Source: Escherichia coli (GTDB taxonomy: Bacteria; Pseudomonadota; Gammaproteobacteria; Enterobacterales; Enterobacteriaceae). Taken from it: DNA of 64,000 nt. Under the pieces are notes generated by a model, which had not been told where the DNA came from, ran no database searches, and saw only the letters and a list, made by a program, of their open reading frames with translations. Location of the stretch: assembly GCF_013122565.1 (NCBI RefSeq), contig NZ_CP053258.1. One strand, written 5' to 3'. Positions 11,024 to 24,035 of this stretch are shown here, piece after piece. How positions within the stretch are numbered: position 1 is the stretch's first letter; the number at the start of each line of letters is the position of its first letter. Position numbers and translations under genes: made by a program.

Positions 11024-12154
11024 ATGTCAACTCTGTTTACGATTAATGCCTGCAAGTCGTTTGGTTGCCGTAATTTAGGGCAACCAACATCGACAGATTA
11101 CAGCTGGCCAGACTATCGACTGGGTTATCCGGCACTGCACTGTCGGGCATGTGGAAGTTACCCGCCGTTGTTTGACGAACAGCAATTTCGTGACTGGTTG
11201 TCAGTTCACTTATCTACTTTTGCAACTGAGAAAGGTCATTTCTGCCCGGTATGTTATGGCACAAAGACGATTTGTTATGGCCACAATCCACAGGGGTCGC
11301 AACGCATTCAATGTCGTAACTGCAAAAAAGTCTGGACACCTAAACAATATCAGAAAGAAATAACGCCTCCTGAAATAATCGAAACGGTTGCTCTTCTGGT
11401 GCCATTTCAGGGAGCCAGCAATGGGCAGAAACTGTATGTTTTAATCAGTTTTGATGCTCTTCGCGGTAATATTCTTCATCTTTCTACTAATTACACGCAG
11501 CATCAGGCTGGAGAAAGTCTGCATTATCGATACAGAGGAAATGCAGAACCAGAGTTACACGAGAGTAATATTGTACAACGCGTTGATATGCGCGAAGCAC
11601 AATTTCTACGCCGCAGTCAGTTTGATGAAATTCAGTATGGCAGCGCAGCGCTCAAACGCAATGCTAAAGGTATTATTCTGCGTCCGGTTATCACTGCACA
11701 CGGGCATTTCAGAGTACTGAATATTTTATTCCCTACAGTAAAAACACATGTAATTTCACACGAGTGTTTTTTAAGAGGTGCCATTATTACGGCATGGGCT
11801 GATCTGTTTCGCCAACAGCAAGGTGAAATTTGGTTTATTGAAGAGGAAATAGCTGACTATACCGATAATATGCCCTGGAGTTTTCAGGGAACAACATATC
11901 ACGGCTGGTGGAAAAATCAGTGGCAACTTTGGGGTCAGGGCAAAAATCGTAAAATGGTATGTGCATTAACAGGCGGAAATAACAGCAAAGCTGAAATGCT
12001 CTCTTTCGCAACCAGCAGACATTTTATCGACTGGCTACATAAACAAGCAGTATTTACTCACAGCACCCCGCTTTCCGCAGGGCGCGTTACGCAAATACTG
12101 CTTTCTCTGGCTCAGGATTACAACAACTGCGCCAGCCGGTTGATATCCGACTGA
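11024..12154 (+). CDS. hypothetical protein with InsA/IS1595-type zinc-ribbon motifs (transposase-like, likely domesticated or relic)
   Basis: 376 aa; paired CxxC motifs (HCRACG, CPVCYG...QCRNCKKVW) resembling transposase zinc ribbons; 3' end overlaps metL 3' end by 37 nt, so no room for a terminal inverted repeat. Confidence 0.5.
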   Translation: MSTLFTINACKSFGCRNLGQPTSTDYSWPDYRLGYPALHCRACGSYPPLFDEQQFRDWLSVHLSTFATEKGHFCPVCYGTKTICYGHNPQGSQRIQCRNCKKVWTPKQYQKEITPPEIIETVALLVPFQGASNGQKLYVLISFDALRGNILHLSTNYTQHQAGESLHYRYRGNAEPELHESNIVQRVDMREAQFLRRSQFDEIQYGSAALKRNAKGIILRPVITAHGHFRVLNILFPTVKTHVISHECFLRGAIITAWADLFRQQQGEIWFIEEEIADYTDNMPWSFQGTTYHGWWKNQWQLWGQGKNRKMVCALTGGNNSKAEMLSFATSRHFIDWLHKQAVFTHSTPLSAGRVTQILLSLAQDYNNCASRLISD

Positions 12155-14550
12155 ATCGCCCCGGCGGTGACATCGCGCCCTGCGCCTGGTCCGCGGATCA
12201 CCAGAGGGTTATCGCGATACCAGCGGCTTTCGATGGCAAAGACGTTATCGCACGGCAGCAGTGATGCCAGCGGATGATCTTCACGCACCGCTTCCACGCC
12301 CACACGCGCTTTGCCGTTGGCATCGAAACGCGCCACGTAGCGCAGCACCAGCCCCATTTCGCGGGCCGCTTCCAGCCGTTGCAACATCTGCTCGTTGAGT
12401 TCATCGCCGTTTTCAAAGAAATGGTCGATGCTACCGCCTTCGCAATGGGCAGGCACCAGCGATTCCACGCGCACCTGATCCGGTTCGATGTCGTAACCCG
12501 CTTCACGCGCCAGAATCACCAGCTTGCGCATTACGTCTTTGCCGGAGAGGTCGTCACGCGGATCAGGCTCGGTTAAGCCCTGCTGCCACGCCTGATCCAC
12601 CAGCTCGGTAAACGGCACGCTACCGTCGAATTGCAGGAACAGCCAGGAGAGCGTGCCGGAGAAGATCCCACTGATCGACAAAATAGTATCGCCGCTGTCG
12701 ATCAGATCGCGCACGGTGTGGTTGATCGGCAAGCCCGCGCCGACGGTAGCGTTGTACAGCCAGTGACGCCCGGTTTTTTCGAAGGCGTCGTGGATCTGGC
12801 GATATTTATTGCTGTCGCTGGCTCCTGCCAGTTTGTTGGCGCTAATGACGTGGAAACCGTGGCTGGCGAAATCGAGATACTGGTCAGCAAGCTGCTGGCT
12901 GGCGGTAACGTCCAGCACCACTAAATCATCATACGGATGGGCGCGCATCCACAGGAACAGCGACTCTTCATCCTGCTCAACCGCTTCATCGTTGAAGAAG
13001 GCTAACGCGCGGCTGGCGTCCAGCCCGTCATAACTCAACAGGCTGCGGCGGCTGTCCACCACGCCTGCCAGCACAAATTCAAAGCCGGTACGTGCCGAAA
13101 GCGTGCTCTGCTCACGGGCGAACAGTTCCAGCCAGCGGGAACCGATATTGCCCTTGCCGAACAATACCAGGCCGATGCGTTTTTCCGCGCGGAAGACGGA
13201 CTGATGCAGCCCCTGAATCAGGCTTTCGGTCGGGCCGGTGCGCAGAACTGCCACCAGGCTGATGCCGTCATCGGACTGCCAGGTAAACTCGACCGGCTGG
13301 CCTTTCAGTTGCTGCCAGAAGCGGTGGCAATGCAGCGGGTTACGGGTGACACCCGCCCCGACCATCGCCACCAGCGCCAACCCCTGACGCAGGCGCAGCT
13401 CGCCAGGTAATCCCGCTTCGTCTAGGATTTTCAGCGCACTGTCGGCCACTTCTGAGGTGTAGCAAAATTGCAGCAACTGGCGATCGTTATGCACGCCAAC
13501 CGCCAGTGGGCGCACCTGCGCGCGTTTCAGGATCTGGTCGATCTCTTTATGCGCCAGTTTGAAATCCTGGCTGGCGGGCACCTGAAACTCAATCAAGCAG
13601 ACATCGTCGTGGCTGGTGACAATACGCGCACCAGTACCGGAGGCCAGCACGCGTTCAATGCGCGTGGAACCTTGATCCGGCGTGTAGCTACAGCGCAGTT
13701 GCAGGTCAATTTCGCTGCCTGATACCGGCTGTAAAGTACGGGCGTGGAGAACCGGAGCCGCCAGACGCGCCAGTTCGCTGGCTTCATCCAGACGCAGCAA
13801 CGGCAACAGGCAGGCATCTTTCACTTTACGCGGGTCGGCACTGTATACCCCGGCGACGTCGCTCCAGATGGTTACACGAGAAACACCCGCCAGCGCACCG
13901 ATTTGTGTCGCGGAGTAGTCGGAACCGTTACGCCCCAGCAGCACCGTTTCACCGGCGTTGTTACGGCTGATAAACCCGGTCACCACCAGACGTTTACCCG
14001 GATGTTGTACCAGTAGCTGTTGCAGCAACGGGTAAGAAAGCCCTTCATCAACCTGCGGCTGCGCAGCGCGTTCAGCGCGTAAAAACTCGCGGGCATCAAG
14101 CCAGGCCGCTGGCAGCCCTTGTTGATTAAGTACCGCAGACATCAGGCGCGCCGACCACACTTCACCATGGCCCACCACTTCCGCATACACCGCATCGTTA
14201 ATACCGCTGTCGAGCAGCGCCGCCAGGCGCTCAAGATCGCTGACAAAAGCGCTAATGAGGCTATCGGCTTCTTCAGCGGGTAGCAGACCGCTAATCAGAT
14301 CGCACTGATAGCGACGCAGCGTTTGTTGAACCTGATGCGCAGAGAGACGATCGGTCTGGCTTAGTTTCAACCAGTTAATCAACTGGTTAGTGGTGCTACC
14401 AGCGGCGGAAACCACCATCATATCGTCAGGCTGAGAGTACTCCGCCATAATGCCCGCGACACGCAAATAACACTTCACATCAGCCAGACTACTGCCACCA
14501 AATTTATGCAGTTGACGACCTTTCGCCCCTGCCTGCGCAATCACACTCAT
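12118..14550 (-). CDS. metL: bifunctional aspartokinase II / homoserine dehydrogenase II
   Basis: 810-aa ORF MSVIAQAGAKGRQLHKFGGSSLADVKCYLRVAG... matches MetL full length. Confidence 0.95.
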   Translation of the reverse strand: MSVIAQAGAKGRQLHKFGGSSLADVKCYLRVAGIMAEYSQPDDMMVVSAAGSTTNQLINWLKLSQTDRLSAHQVQQTLRRYQCDLISGLLPAEEADSLISAFVSDLERLAALLDSGINDAVYAEVVGHGEVWSARLMSAVLNQQGLPAAWLDAREFLRAERAAQPQVDEGLSYPLLQQLLVQHPGKRLVVTGFISRNNAGETVLLGRNGSDYSATQIGALAGVSRVTIWSDVAGVYSADPRKVKDACLLPLLRLDEASELARLAAPVLHARTLQPVSGSEIDLQLRCSYTPDQGSTRIERVLASGTGARIVTSHDDVCLIEFQVPASQDFKLAHKEIDQILKRAQVRPLAVGVHNDRQLLQFCYTSEVADSALKILDEAGLPGELRLRQGLALVAMVGAGVTRNPLHCHRFWQQLKGQPVEFTWQSDDGISLVAVLRTGPTESLIQGLHQSVFRAEKRIGLVLFGKGNIGSRWLELFAREQSTLSARTGFEFVLAGVVDSRRSLLSYDGLDASRALAFFNDEAVEQDEESLFLWMRAHPYDDLVVLDVTASQQLADQYLDFASHGFHVISANKLAGASDSNKYRQIHDAFEKTGRHWLYNATVGAGLPINHTVRDLIDSGDTILSISGIFSGTLSWLFLQFDGSVPFTELVDQAWQQGLTEPDPRDDLSGKDVMRKLVILAREAGYDIEPDQVRVESLVPAHCEGGSIDHFFENGDELNEQMLQRLEAAREMGLVLRYVARFDANGKARVGVEAVREDHPLASLLPCDNVFAIESRWYRDNPLVIRGPGAGRDVTAGAIQSDINRLAQLL

Positions 14551-14552
14551 TT

Positions 14553-15713
14553 TTACCCCTTGTTTGCAGCCCGGAAGCCATTTTCCAGGTCGGCAATTAA
14601 ATCTTCGCCATCTTCAATACCGGTGGAGATACGCAGCAGCGTCTCGGAGATCCCGGCGGCAGCACGCGCTTCTGGTGCCATGCCTGCATGTGTCATGGTT
14701 GCGGCGTGAGAGATTAAACTTTCCACTCCCCCTAATGATTCCGCCAGCGTAAACAACGACAGCCCGCCCAGGAAACGACGCAGCGTCTGCTCATCGCCAT
14801 CCAGTTCAAAACTCAACATTGCGCCAAAGCCTTTTTGCTGACGCGCGGCAATTTCATGCCCCTGATTTTCCGGCAGCGACGGGTGATACAGTTTTTTCAC
14901 CAACGGCTGGGTTTGCAGATATTTCACAATCGCCTGCGCGTTACGCTGGGCCAGCTCCATACGCGGCACCAGCGTTCGCAACCCGCGTAGCAGCAGATAG
15001 CTGTCAAACGCGCCACCCGTCACGCCAATATTGTTTGCCCACCAGGCAAGTTCAGTGACAACGTCCGGGTCTTTAGCAATCACCACGCCGGCCACCACGT
15101 CTGAGTGACCGTTCAGATATTTCGTGCATGAATGCAACACCAGATCGGCACCTAATGCCAGCGGATTTTGTAATGCCGGGCTTAAGAAGGTGTTATCCAC
15201 CACGCTCACCGCCCCGACTTCCCTTGCCAGATGGCAGATTTTCGCAATATCCACGACGCGTAACAATGGATTACTTGGGCTTTCTACCAGTACCAGTTTG
15301 GGTTTTTCTGCCAGCGCTGCCCGTAATGCCTGTTCATCGCCTTGATCAACAAACAACACGCGATAGCAACCACGTTTCGCCAGGCTGTCGAACAGGCGAT
15401 AGCTACCGCCGTAGCAGTCGTGTGGCGCAACCAGCAGATCGCCAGGTTTCAAAAAGACGGTCGTTACCAGGTGAATCGCGGACATGCCGGTATTAGTAAG
15501 TACGGCACCAGCACCGCCTTCCAGTTCTGCCAGCGCACGCTGAACCACATCGCGCGTTGGGTTGCCGCGACGCGAGTAATCATGCACGCGCGGTTCATTA
15601 AATCCGGTAAAGTTATAGGTACTGGAAAGATGGATGGGTGGGACAACGCAACCATACTGTTCGTCGTCATTTAACCCGCTACGCACTGCGATGGTGGCCT
15701 GTTTACGCGTCAT
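14553..15713 (-). CDS. metB: cystathionine gamma-synthase
   Basis: Track ORF contains MTRKQATIAVRSGLNDDEQYGCV...; start refined to that Met (386 aa). Confidence 0.93.
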   Translation of the reverse strand: MTRKQATIAVRSGLNDDEQYGCVVPPIHLSSTYNFTGFNEPRVHDYSRRGNPTRDVVQRALAELEGGAGAVLTNTGMSAIHLVTTVFLKPGDLLVAPHDCYGGSYRLFDSLAKRGCYRVLFVDQGDEQALRAALAEKPKLVLVESPSNPLLRVVDIAKICHLAREVGAVSVVDNTFLSPALQNPLALGADLVLHSCTKYLNGHSDVVAGVVIAKDPDVVTELAWWANNIGVTGGAFDSYLLLRGLRTLVPRMELAQRNAQAIVKYLQTQPLVKKLYHPSLPENQGHEIAARQQKGFGAMLSFELDGDEQTLRRFLGGLSLFTLAESLGGVESLISHAATMTHAGMAPEARAAAGISETLLRISTGIEDGEDLIADLENGFRAANKG

Positions 15714-15785
15714 GTGATGAAGTTCCCTGGGCTTGGTCGGTGAAATGTCAGGCACCAGAGTAAACATTGTGTTAATGGACGTCAA

Positions 15786-15809
15786 TACATCTGGACATCT
15801 AAACTTCTT
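15786..15809. promoter_or_regulatory. met boxes in metB/metJ divergent control region
   Basis: ACATCTGG-ACATCTAA-ACTTCTTT (complement AGATGT-type met boxes) between metB and metJ starts. Confidence 0.55.
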
Positions 15810-15989
15810 TGCGTATAGATTGAGCAAATCCCAAATAGCCGTTAAAATTATATGCATTATCACGCCGACAGGTGCATTACACGATGTCACGGTAGCGCCT
15901 GTACGGTAAACTATGCGGGTTTACAGCCAGTGCCCACATTTACTGTGTGGTCTGGTCTCAATTTATTGACGAAGAGGATTAAGTATCTC

Positions 15990-16307
15990 ATGGCTGAATG
16001 GAGCGGCGAATATATCAGCCCATACGCTGAGCACGGCAAGAAGAGTGAACAAGTCAAAAAGATTACGGTTTCCATTCCTCTTAAGGTGTTAAAAATCCTC
16101 ACCGATGAACGCACGCGTCGTCAGGTGAACAACCTGCGTCACGCGACCAACAGCGAGCTGCTGTGCGAAGCGTTTCTGCATGCCTTTACCGGGCAACCTT
16201 TGCCGGATGATGCCGATCTGCGTAAAGAGCGCAGCGACGAAATCCCGGAAGCGGCAAAAGAGATCATGCGTGAGATGGGGATTAACCCGGAGACGTGGGA
16301 ATACTAA
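15990..16307 (+). CDS. metJ: methionine repressor MetJ
   Basis: [66 protein letters not shown]...; 105 aa. Confidence 0.95.
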
Positions 16308-16335
16308 AGCGGAAAAGAGCGGCGCGGAGTGGAAT

Positions 16336-16434
16336 CGCCTGATGCGCTACGCTTATCAGGCCTACGTCATATTGCAATTTATTGAATTTGCACGAACTTG
16401 TAGGCCGGATAAGGCGTTCACGCCGCATCCGGCA
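16336..16434. repeat. BIME/REP palindromic units downstream of metJ
   Basis: Two inverted REP units (CGCCTGATGCGCTACGCTTATCAGGCCTAC ... GTAGGCCGGATAAGGCGTTCACGCCGCATCCGGCA). Confidence 0.85.
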
Positions 16435-16490
16435 TAAACAACGAGCACGTTGTCTGCGACCCACCGCTTTTTATACATGGACGTTTAACG

Positions 16491-17099
16491 ATGAAATACA
16501 GGCTACTGATCCTCAGTCTGCTGGTTTCTGTGCCTGCATTTGCCTGGCAACCACAAACCGGCGACATCATCTTTCAGATCTCTCGCTCATCGCAAAGTAA
16601 AGCGATCCAACTGGCGACCCATTCCGATTACAGCCACACCGGTATGCTGGTGATACGCAACAAAAAGCCCTACGTTTTTGAAGCGGTCGGCCCGGTGAAA
16701 TACACCCCGCTCAAGCAGTGGATCGCCCATGGTGAAAAGGGCAAATACGTTGTTCGCCGCGTTGAAGGCGGACTGAGTGTTGAACAACAGCAAAAACTGG
16801 CGCAAACGGCAAAACGTTATCTCGGCAAACCGTACGATTTCAGCTTCTCATGGAGCGACGATCGCCAGTACTGTTCGGAAGTGGTGTGGAAGGTTTACCA
16901 GAATGCGCTGGGAATGCGCGTGGGCGAACAGCAAAAGTTGAAAGAGTTCGACCTTAGTAACCCGCTGGTTCAGGCAAAGCTCAAAGAACGCTACGGCAAA
17001 AATATTCCGCTTGAGGAAACGGTGGTCTCACCACAAGCCGTTTTCGATGCGCCACAACTCACCACGGTTGCCAAAGAGTGGCCGCTGTTTTCCTGGTGA
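16491..17099 (+). CDS. yiiX: YiiX-family permuted papain-fold peptidase
   Basis: 202 aa with signal peptide MKYRLLILSLLVSVPAFA; synteny metJ-yiiX-rpmE. Confidence 0.9.
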   Translation: MKYRLLILSLLVSVPAFAWQPQTGDIIFQISRSSQSKAIQLATHSDYSHTGMLVIRNKKPYVFEAVGPVKYTPLKQWIAHGEKGKYVVRRVEGGLSVEQQQKLAQTAKRYLGKPYDFSFSWSDDRQYCSEVVWKVYQNALGMRVGEQQKLKEFDLSNPLVQAKLKERYGKNIPLEETVVSPQAVFDAPQLTTVAKEWPLFSW

Positions 17100-17119
17100 T
17101 ACGACCAAAATTCAGGCAC

Positions 17120-17146
17120 AAAAAAAGCGCCGTGCGGCGCTTTTTT
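17120..17146. terminator. bidirectional rho-independent terminator between yiiX and rpmE
   Basis: AAAAAAAGCGCCGTGCGGCGCTTTTTT: GC hairpin flanked by A-run and T-run. Confidence 0.75.
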
Positions 17147-17159
17147 CGGAAATCCGGTC

Positions 17160-17411
<252 letters not shown>

Positions 17412-17415
17412 CTAA

Positions 17416-19773
<2,358 letters not shown>

Positions 19774-19928
19774 ACCGCTCACGATGCGAGGCGGATCGAA
19801 AAATTCAATATTCATCACACTTTTCATGAAAATTCTGTAACCGTTTTCACGCGCTATCTGCTAAAAATGTTGCCGATGTGAAGTAAACATGGATGTAGTA
19901 CGCCTGACGTGCCAGGCGAGGAGTGAGT

Positions 19929-20954
19929 GTGAAAGCGAAGAAGCAGGAAACTGCCGCGACCATGAAAGACGTTGCCCTCAAGGCAAAAGTCTCTACAGCG
20001 ACTGTCTCCCGAGCATTAATGAATCCCGATAAAGTCTCCCAGGCCACCCGTAATCGGGTTGAAAAAGCGGCCCGGGAAGTGGGTTATTTACCGCAGCCTA
20101 TGGGGCGCAACGTCAAGCGTAATGAATCCCGCACCATTCTGGTGATTGTCCCGGATATCTGCGATCCCTTCTTTAGCGAAATTATTCGCGGTATCGAAGT
20201 TACGGCGGCAAATCACGGATATCTGGTGCTGATTGGCGACTGTGCGCATCAAAATCAGCAAGAAAAAACCTTTATCGATTTGATCATCACCAAGCAAATT
20301 GATGGCATGTTGCTGCTGGGTTCAAGGCTGCCGTTTGATGCCAGCATTGAGGAACAGCGTAATCTGCCGCCGATGGTGATGGCGAACGAATTTGCACCGG
20401 AACTGGAGCTGCCTACCGTTCATATCGACAATCTGACCGCCGCATTTGATGCAGTAAATTATTTATATGAGCAAGGGCATAAACGGATTGGCTGTATAGC
20501 CGGTCCCGAAGAGATGCCGCTTTGTCACTACCGCCTGCAAGGCTACGTTCAGGCGCTGCGTCGCTGCGGCATTATGGTTGATCCGCAATACATCGCCCGT
20601 GGCGACTTCACCTTCGAAGCCGGAAGCAGAGCAATGCAGCAGCTACTTGATCTTCCACAACCGCCTACTGCTGTCTTCTGCCATAGCGATGTGATGGCGC
20701 TCGGCGCACTTTCTCAGGCAAAACGTCAGGGGCTGAAAGTCCCGGAAGACCTTTCCATAATCGGTTTTGATAACATTGACCTGACGCAATTTTGTGATCC
20801 GCCGCTGACAACCATCGCGCAGCCACGTTACGAAATCGGTCGGGAAGCTATGCTGTTATTGCTTGATCAAATGCAGGGGCAACACGTTGGCAGTGGCTCT
20901 CGTTTAATGGACTGCGAACTTATCATCCGGGGATCAACACGCGCGTTACCTTAA
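19929..20954 (+). CDS. cytR: LacI-family repressor CytR
   Basis: (V)KAKKQETAATMKDVALKAKVSTATVSRAL...; GTG start, 341 aa. Confidence 0.93.
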   Translation: MKAKKQETAATMKDVALKAKVSTATVSRALMNPDKVSQATRNRVEKAAREVGYLPQPMGRNVKRNESRTILVIVPDICDPFFSEIIRGIEVTAANHGYLVLIGDCAHQNQQEKTFIDLIITKQIDGMLLLGSRLPFDASIEEQRNLPPMVMANEFAPELELPTVHIDNLTAAFDAVNYLYEQGHKRIGCIAGPEEMPLCHYRLQGYVQALRRCGIMVDPQYIARGDFTFEAGSRAMQQLLDLPQPPTAVFCHSDVMALGALSQAKRQGLKVPEDLSIIGFDNIDLTQFCDPPLTTIAQPRYEIGREAMLLLLDQMQGQHVGSGSRLMDCELIIRGSTRALP

Positions 20955-21045
20955 AGTAAACCTTTAAGACTGCCGTGACTGGTCAAAGGCCCGCCGCTTA
21001 AGTAACATGGCGGGCTGACGAACGAATAAATACAGCGAAACGATA

Positions 21046-22005
21046 GTGGCACAACGAGATTATGTACGCCGCAGCCAACCGGCACCTTCGCGGCGAAAAA
21101 AGAGCACCTCACGGAAAAAGCAACGAAATCTGCCTGCGGTTTCTCCCGCTATGGTCGCTATTGCTGCCGCCGTTCTTGTGACCTTTATCGGTGGTCTGTA
21201 CTTCATTACGCATCACAAGAAAGAAGAGTCCGAGACGCTGCAAAGCCAGAAAGTGACCGGAAACGGACTACCACCAAAACCAGAAGAACGCTGGCGCTAC
21301 ATTAAAGAGCTGGAAAGCCGCCAGCCGGGTGTGCGTGCGCCCACAGAACCTTCTGCCGGTGGTGAAGTGAAAACGCCGGAGCAACTGACACCAGAACAAC
21401 GTCAGCTTCTTGAACAAATGCAGGCTGATATGCGCCAGCAGCCAACGCAGCTGGTTGAAGTTCCGTGGAATGAACAGACGCCGGAACAGCGTCAGCAAAC
21501 GCTACAGCGCCAGCGTCAGGCGCAGCAATTAGCGGAACAGCAACGTCTGGCTCAGCAGTCGCGTACGACTGAACAAAGCTGGCAGCAGCAGACGCGTACG
21601 TCGCAAGCCGCGCCGGTACAGGCGCAACCGCGCCAGTCTAAACCGGCTTCTACTCAGCAGCCTTACCAGGATCTGCTGCAAACCCCTGCGCACACCACCG
21701 CGCAGTCGAAGCCGCAGCAAGCTGCGCCAGTTGCTCGTGCCGCTGACGCGCCAAAACCGACGGCGGAGAAAAAAGACGAACGCCGCTGGATGGTGCAGTG
21801 CGGTTCGTTCAGAGGCGCGGAACAGGCTGAGACGGTACGTGCTCAGCTGGCGTTCGAAGGATTTGACTCGAAAATCACCACCAACAATGGCTGGAATCGT
21901 GTGGTCATTGGCCCGGTGAAAGGCAAAGAGAACGCAGACAGCACCCTCAATCGGTTGAAGATGGCGGGTCATACAAACTGCATTCGGCTCGCCGCCGGGG
22001 GTTGA
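21046..22005 (+). CDS. ftsN: cell division protein FtsN
   Basis: 319 aa; GTG start; Gln/Pro-rich linker and C-terminal SPOR domain. Confidence 0.95.
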   Translation: MAQRDYVRRSQPAPSRRKKSTSRKKQRNLPAVSPAMVAIAAAVLVTFIGGLYFITHHKKEESETLQSQKVTGNGLPPKPEERWRYIKELESRQPGVRAPTEPSAGGEVKTPEQLTPEQRQLLEQMQADMRQQPTQLVEVPWNEQTPEQRQQTLQRQRQAQQLAEQQRLAQQSRTTEQSWQQQTRTSQAAPVQAQPRQSKPASTQQPYQDLLQTPAHTTAQSKPQQAAPVARAADAPKPTAEKKDERRWMVQCGSFRGAEQAETVRAQLAFEGFDSKITTNNGWNRVVIGPVKGKENADSTLNRLKMAGHTNCIRLAAGG

Positions 22006-22029
22006 AACCCTCAAAATCCCCCCCATCTA
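22002..22029 (+). promoter_or_regulatory. sigma-32 heat-shock promoter of hslVU
   Basis: TTGAAA -N13- CCCCATCTA matches sigma-32 -35/-10 consensus; overlaps ftsN stop, ~70 nt upstream of hslV. Confidence 0.7.
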
Positions 22030-22097
22030 TAATTGCATTATGCCCCGTACTTTTGTACGGGGTTTGTACTCTGTATTCGTAACCAAGGGGTCAGCTC

Positions 22098-22628
22098 GTG
22101 ACAACTATAGTAAGCGTACGCCGTAACGGCCATGTGGTCATCGCTGGTGATGGTCAGGCCACGTTGGGCAATACCGTAATGAAAGGCAACGTGAAAAAGG
22201 TCCGCCGTCTGTACAACGACAAAGTCATCGCGGGCTTTGCGGGCGGTACTGCGGATGCTTTTACGCTGTTCGAACTGTTTGAACGTAAACTGGAAATGCA
22301 TCAGGGCCATCTGGTCAAAGCCGCCGTTGAGCTGGCAAAAGACTGGCGTACCGATCGCATGCTGCGCAAACTTGAAGCACTGCTGGCAGTCGCGGATGAA
22401 ACCGCTTCGCTTATCATCACCGGTAACGGTGACGTGGTGCAGCCAGAAAACGATCTTATTGCTATCGGCTCCGGCGGCCCTTACGCCCAGGCTGCGGCGC
22501 GCGCACTGTTAGAAAATACTGAACTGAGTGCTCGTGAAATTGCTGAAAAGGCGTTGGATATTGCAGGCGATATTTGCATCTATACCAACCATTTCCACAC
22601 CATCGAAGAATTAAGCTACAAAGCGTAA
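22098..22628 (+). CDS. hslV: ATP-dependent protease subunit HslV
   Basis: 176 aa (M)[30 protein letters not shown]... Confidence 0.95.
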
Positions 22629-22637
22629 GGATCTCCC

Positions 22638-23969
22638 ATGTCTGAAATGACCCCACGCGAAATCGTCAGCGAACTGGATAAGCACATCATCGGCCAGGAC
22701 AACGCCAAGCGTTCTGTGGCGATTGCTCTGCGTAACCGCTGGCGTCGCATGCAGCTCAACGAAGAGCTGCGCCATGAAGTGACCCCGAAAAATATCCTGA
22801 TGATCGGCCCGACCGGTGTCGGTAAAACTGAAATCGCCCGTCGTCTGGCTAAGCTGGCGAATGCGCCGTTCATCAAAGTTGAAGCGACCAAATTCACCGA
22901 GGTGGGCTATGTCGGTAAGGAAGTGGATTCTATTATTCGCGATCTGACCGATGCTGCCGTGAAAATGGTACGCGTCCAGGCTATCGAGAAAAACCGTTAT
23001 CGCGCTGAAGAACTGGCAGAAGAACGTATTCTCGACGTGCTGATCCCACCGGCTAAAAACAACTGGGGACAGACCGAACAGCAGCAGGAACCGTCCGCTG
23101 CTCGTCAGGCATTCCGCAAAAAACTGCGTGAAGGCCAGCTTGATGACAAAGAAATCGAGATCGATCTTGCCGCAGCACCGATGGGCGTTGAAATTATGGC
23201 TCCTCCGGGCATGGAAGAGATGACCAGCCAGCTGCAGTCCATGTTCCAGAACCTGGGCGGTCAGAAGCAAAAAGCGCGTAAGCTGAAAATCAAAGACGCC
23301 ATGAAGCTGCTGATTGAAGAAGAAGCGGCGAAACTGGTGAACCCGGAAGAGCTGAAGCAAGACGCTATCGACGCTGTTGAGCAGCACGGGATCGTGTTTA
23401 TCGACGAAATCGACAAAATCTGTAAGCGCGGCGAGTCTTCCGGTCCGGATGTTTCTCGTGAAGGTGTTCAGCGTGACCTGCTGCCGCTGGTAGAAGGTTG
23501 CACCGTTTCCACCAAACACGGGATGGTCAAAACTGACCACATTCTGTTTATCGCTTCTGGCGCGTTCCAGATTGCGAAACCGTCTGACCTGATCCCGGAA
23601 CTGCAAGGTCGTCTGCCAATCCGCGTTGAACTGCAGGCACTGACCACCAGCGACTTCGAGCGTATTCTGACCGAGCCGAATGCCTCTATCACCGTGCAGT
23701 ACAAAGCACTGATGGCGACTGAAGGCGTAAATATCGAGTTTACCGACTCCGGTATTAAACGCATCGCGGAAGCGGCATGGCAGGTGAACGAATCTACCGA
23801 AAACATCGGTGCTCGTCGTTTACACACTGTTCTGGAGCGTTTAATGGAAGAGATTTCCTACGACGCCAGCGATTTAAGCGGTCAAAATATCACTATTGAC
23901 GCAGATTATGTGAGCAAACATCTGGATGCGTTGGTGGCAGATGAAGATCTGAGCCGTTTTATCCTATAA
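22638..23969 (+). CDS. hslU: ATP-dependent protease ATPase subunit HslU
   Basis: 443 aa; Walker A GPTGVGKT; full-length match. Confidence 0.95.
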
Positions 23970-23997
23970 TCGCGTTCAATCATTTTCATCATTGTTT

Positions 23998-24025
23998 GAT
24001 GGGGCTGAAAGGCCCCATTTTTATT
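23998..24025 (+). terminator. rho-independent terminator after hslU
   Basis: GGGGCTGAAAGGCCCC hairpin followed by ATTTTTATT. Confidence 0.7.
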
Positions 24026-24035
24026 GGCGCGTATT

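Noticed and set aside
11024-12154. Zn-ribbon ORF considered as an intact insertion sequence
   Set aside because: No room for a terminal inverted repeat because the ORF overlaps intact metL; kept as a CDS, not called a mobile element.
14553-15890. Long 445-aa version of the metB ORF from the track
   Set aside because: The first 59 codons lie upstream of the MetB N-terminus (MTRKQATIAVR...) and run into the met-box control region; the shorter start was used. The same logic was applied to cdh, pfkA, fieF, kdgT, yiiM, priA, rhaD and frvA.
21300-21720. Repetitive Gln/Pro/Ala-rich stretch, checked as a possible tandem repeat or CRISPR-like array
   Set aside because: It is the low-complexity linker of FtsN inside an intact reading frame, not a spacer-repeat array.
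22611-23606. 331-aa minus-strand ORF
   Set aside because: Antisense to hslU, which matches HslU over its whole length; its F/L/R-rich translation is typical of a reverse-frame artefact.
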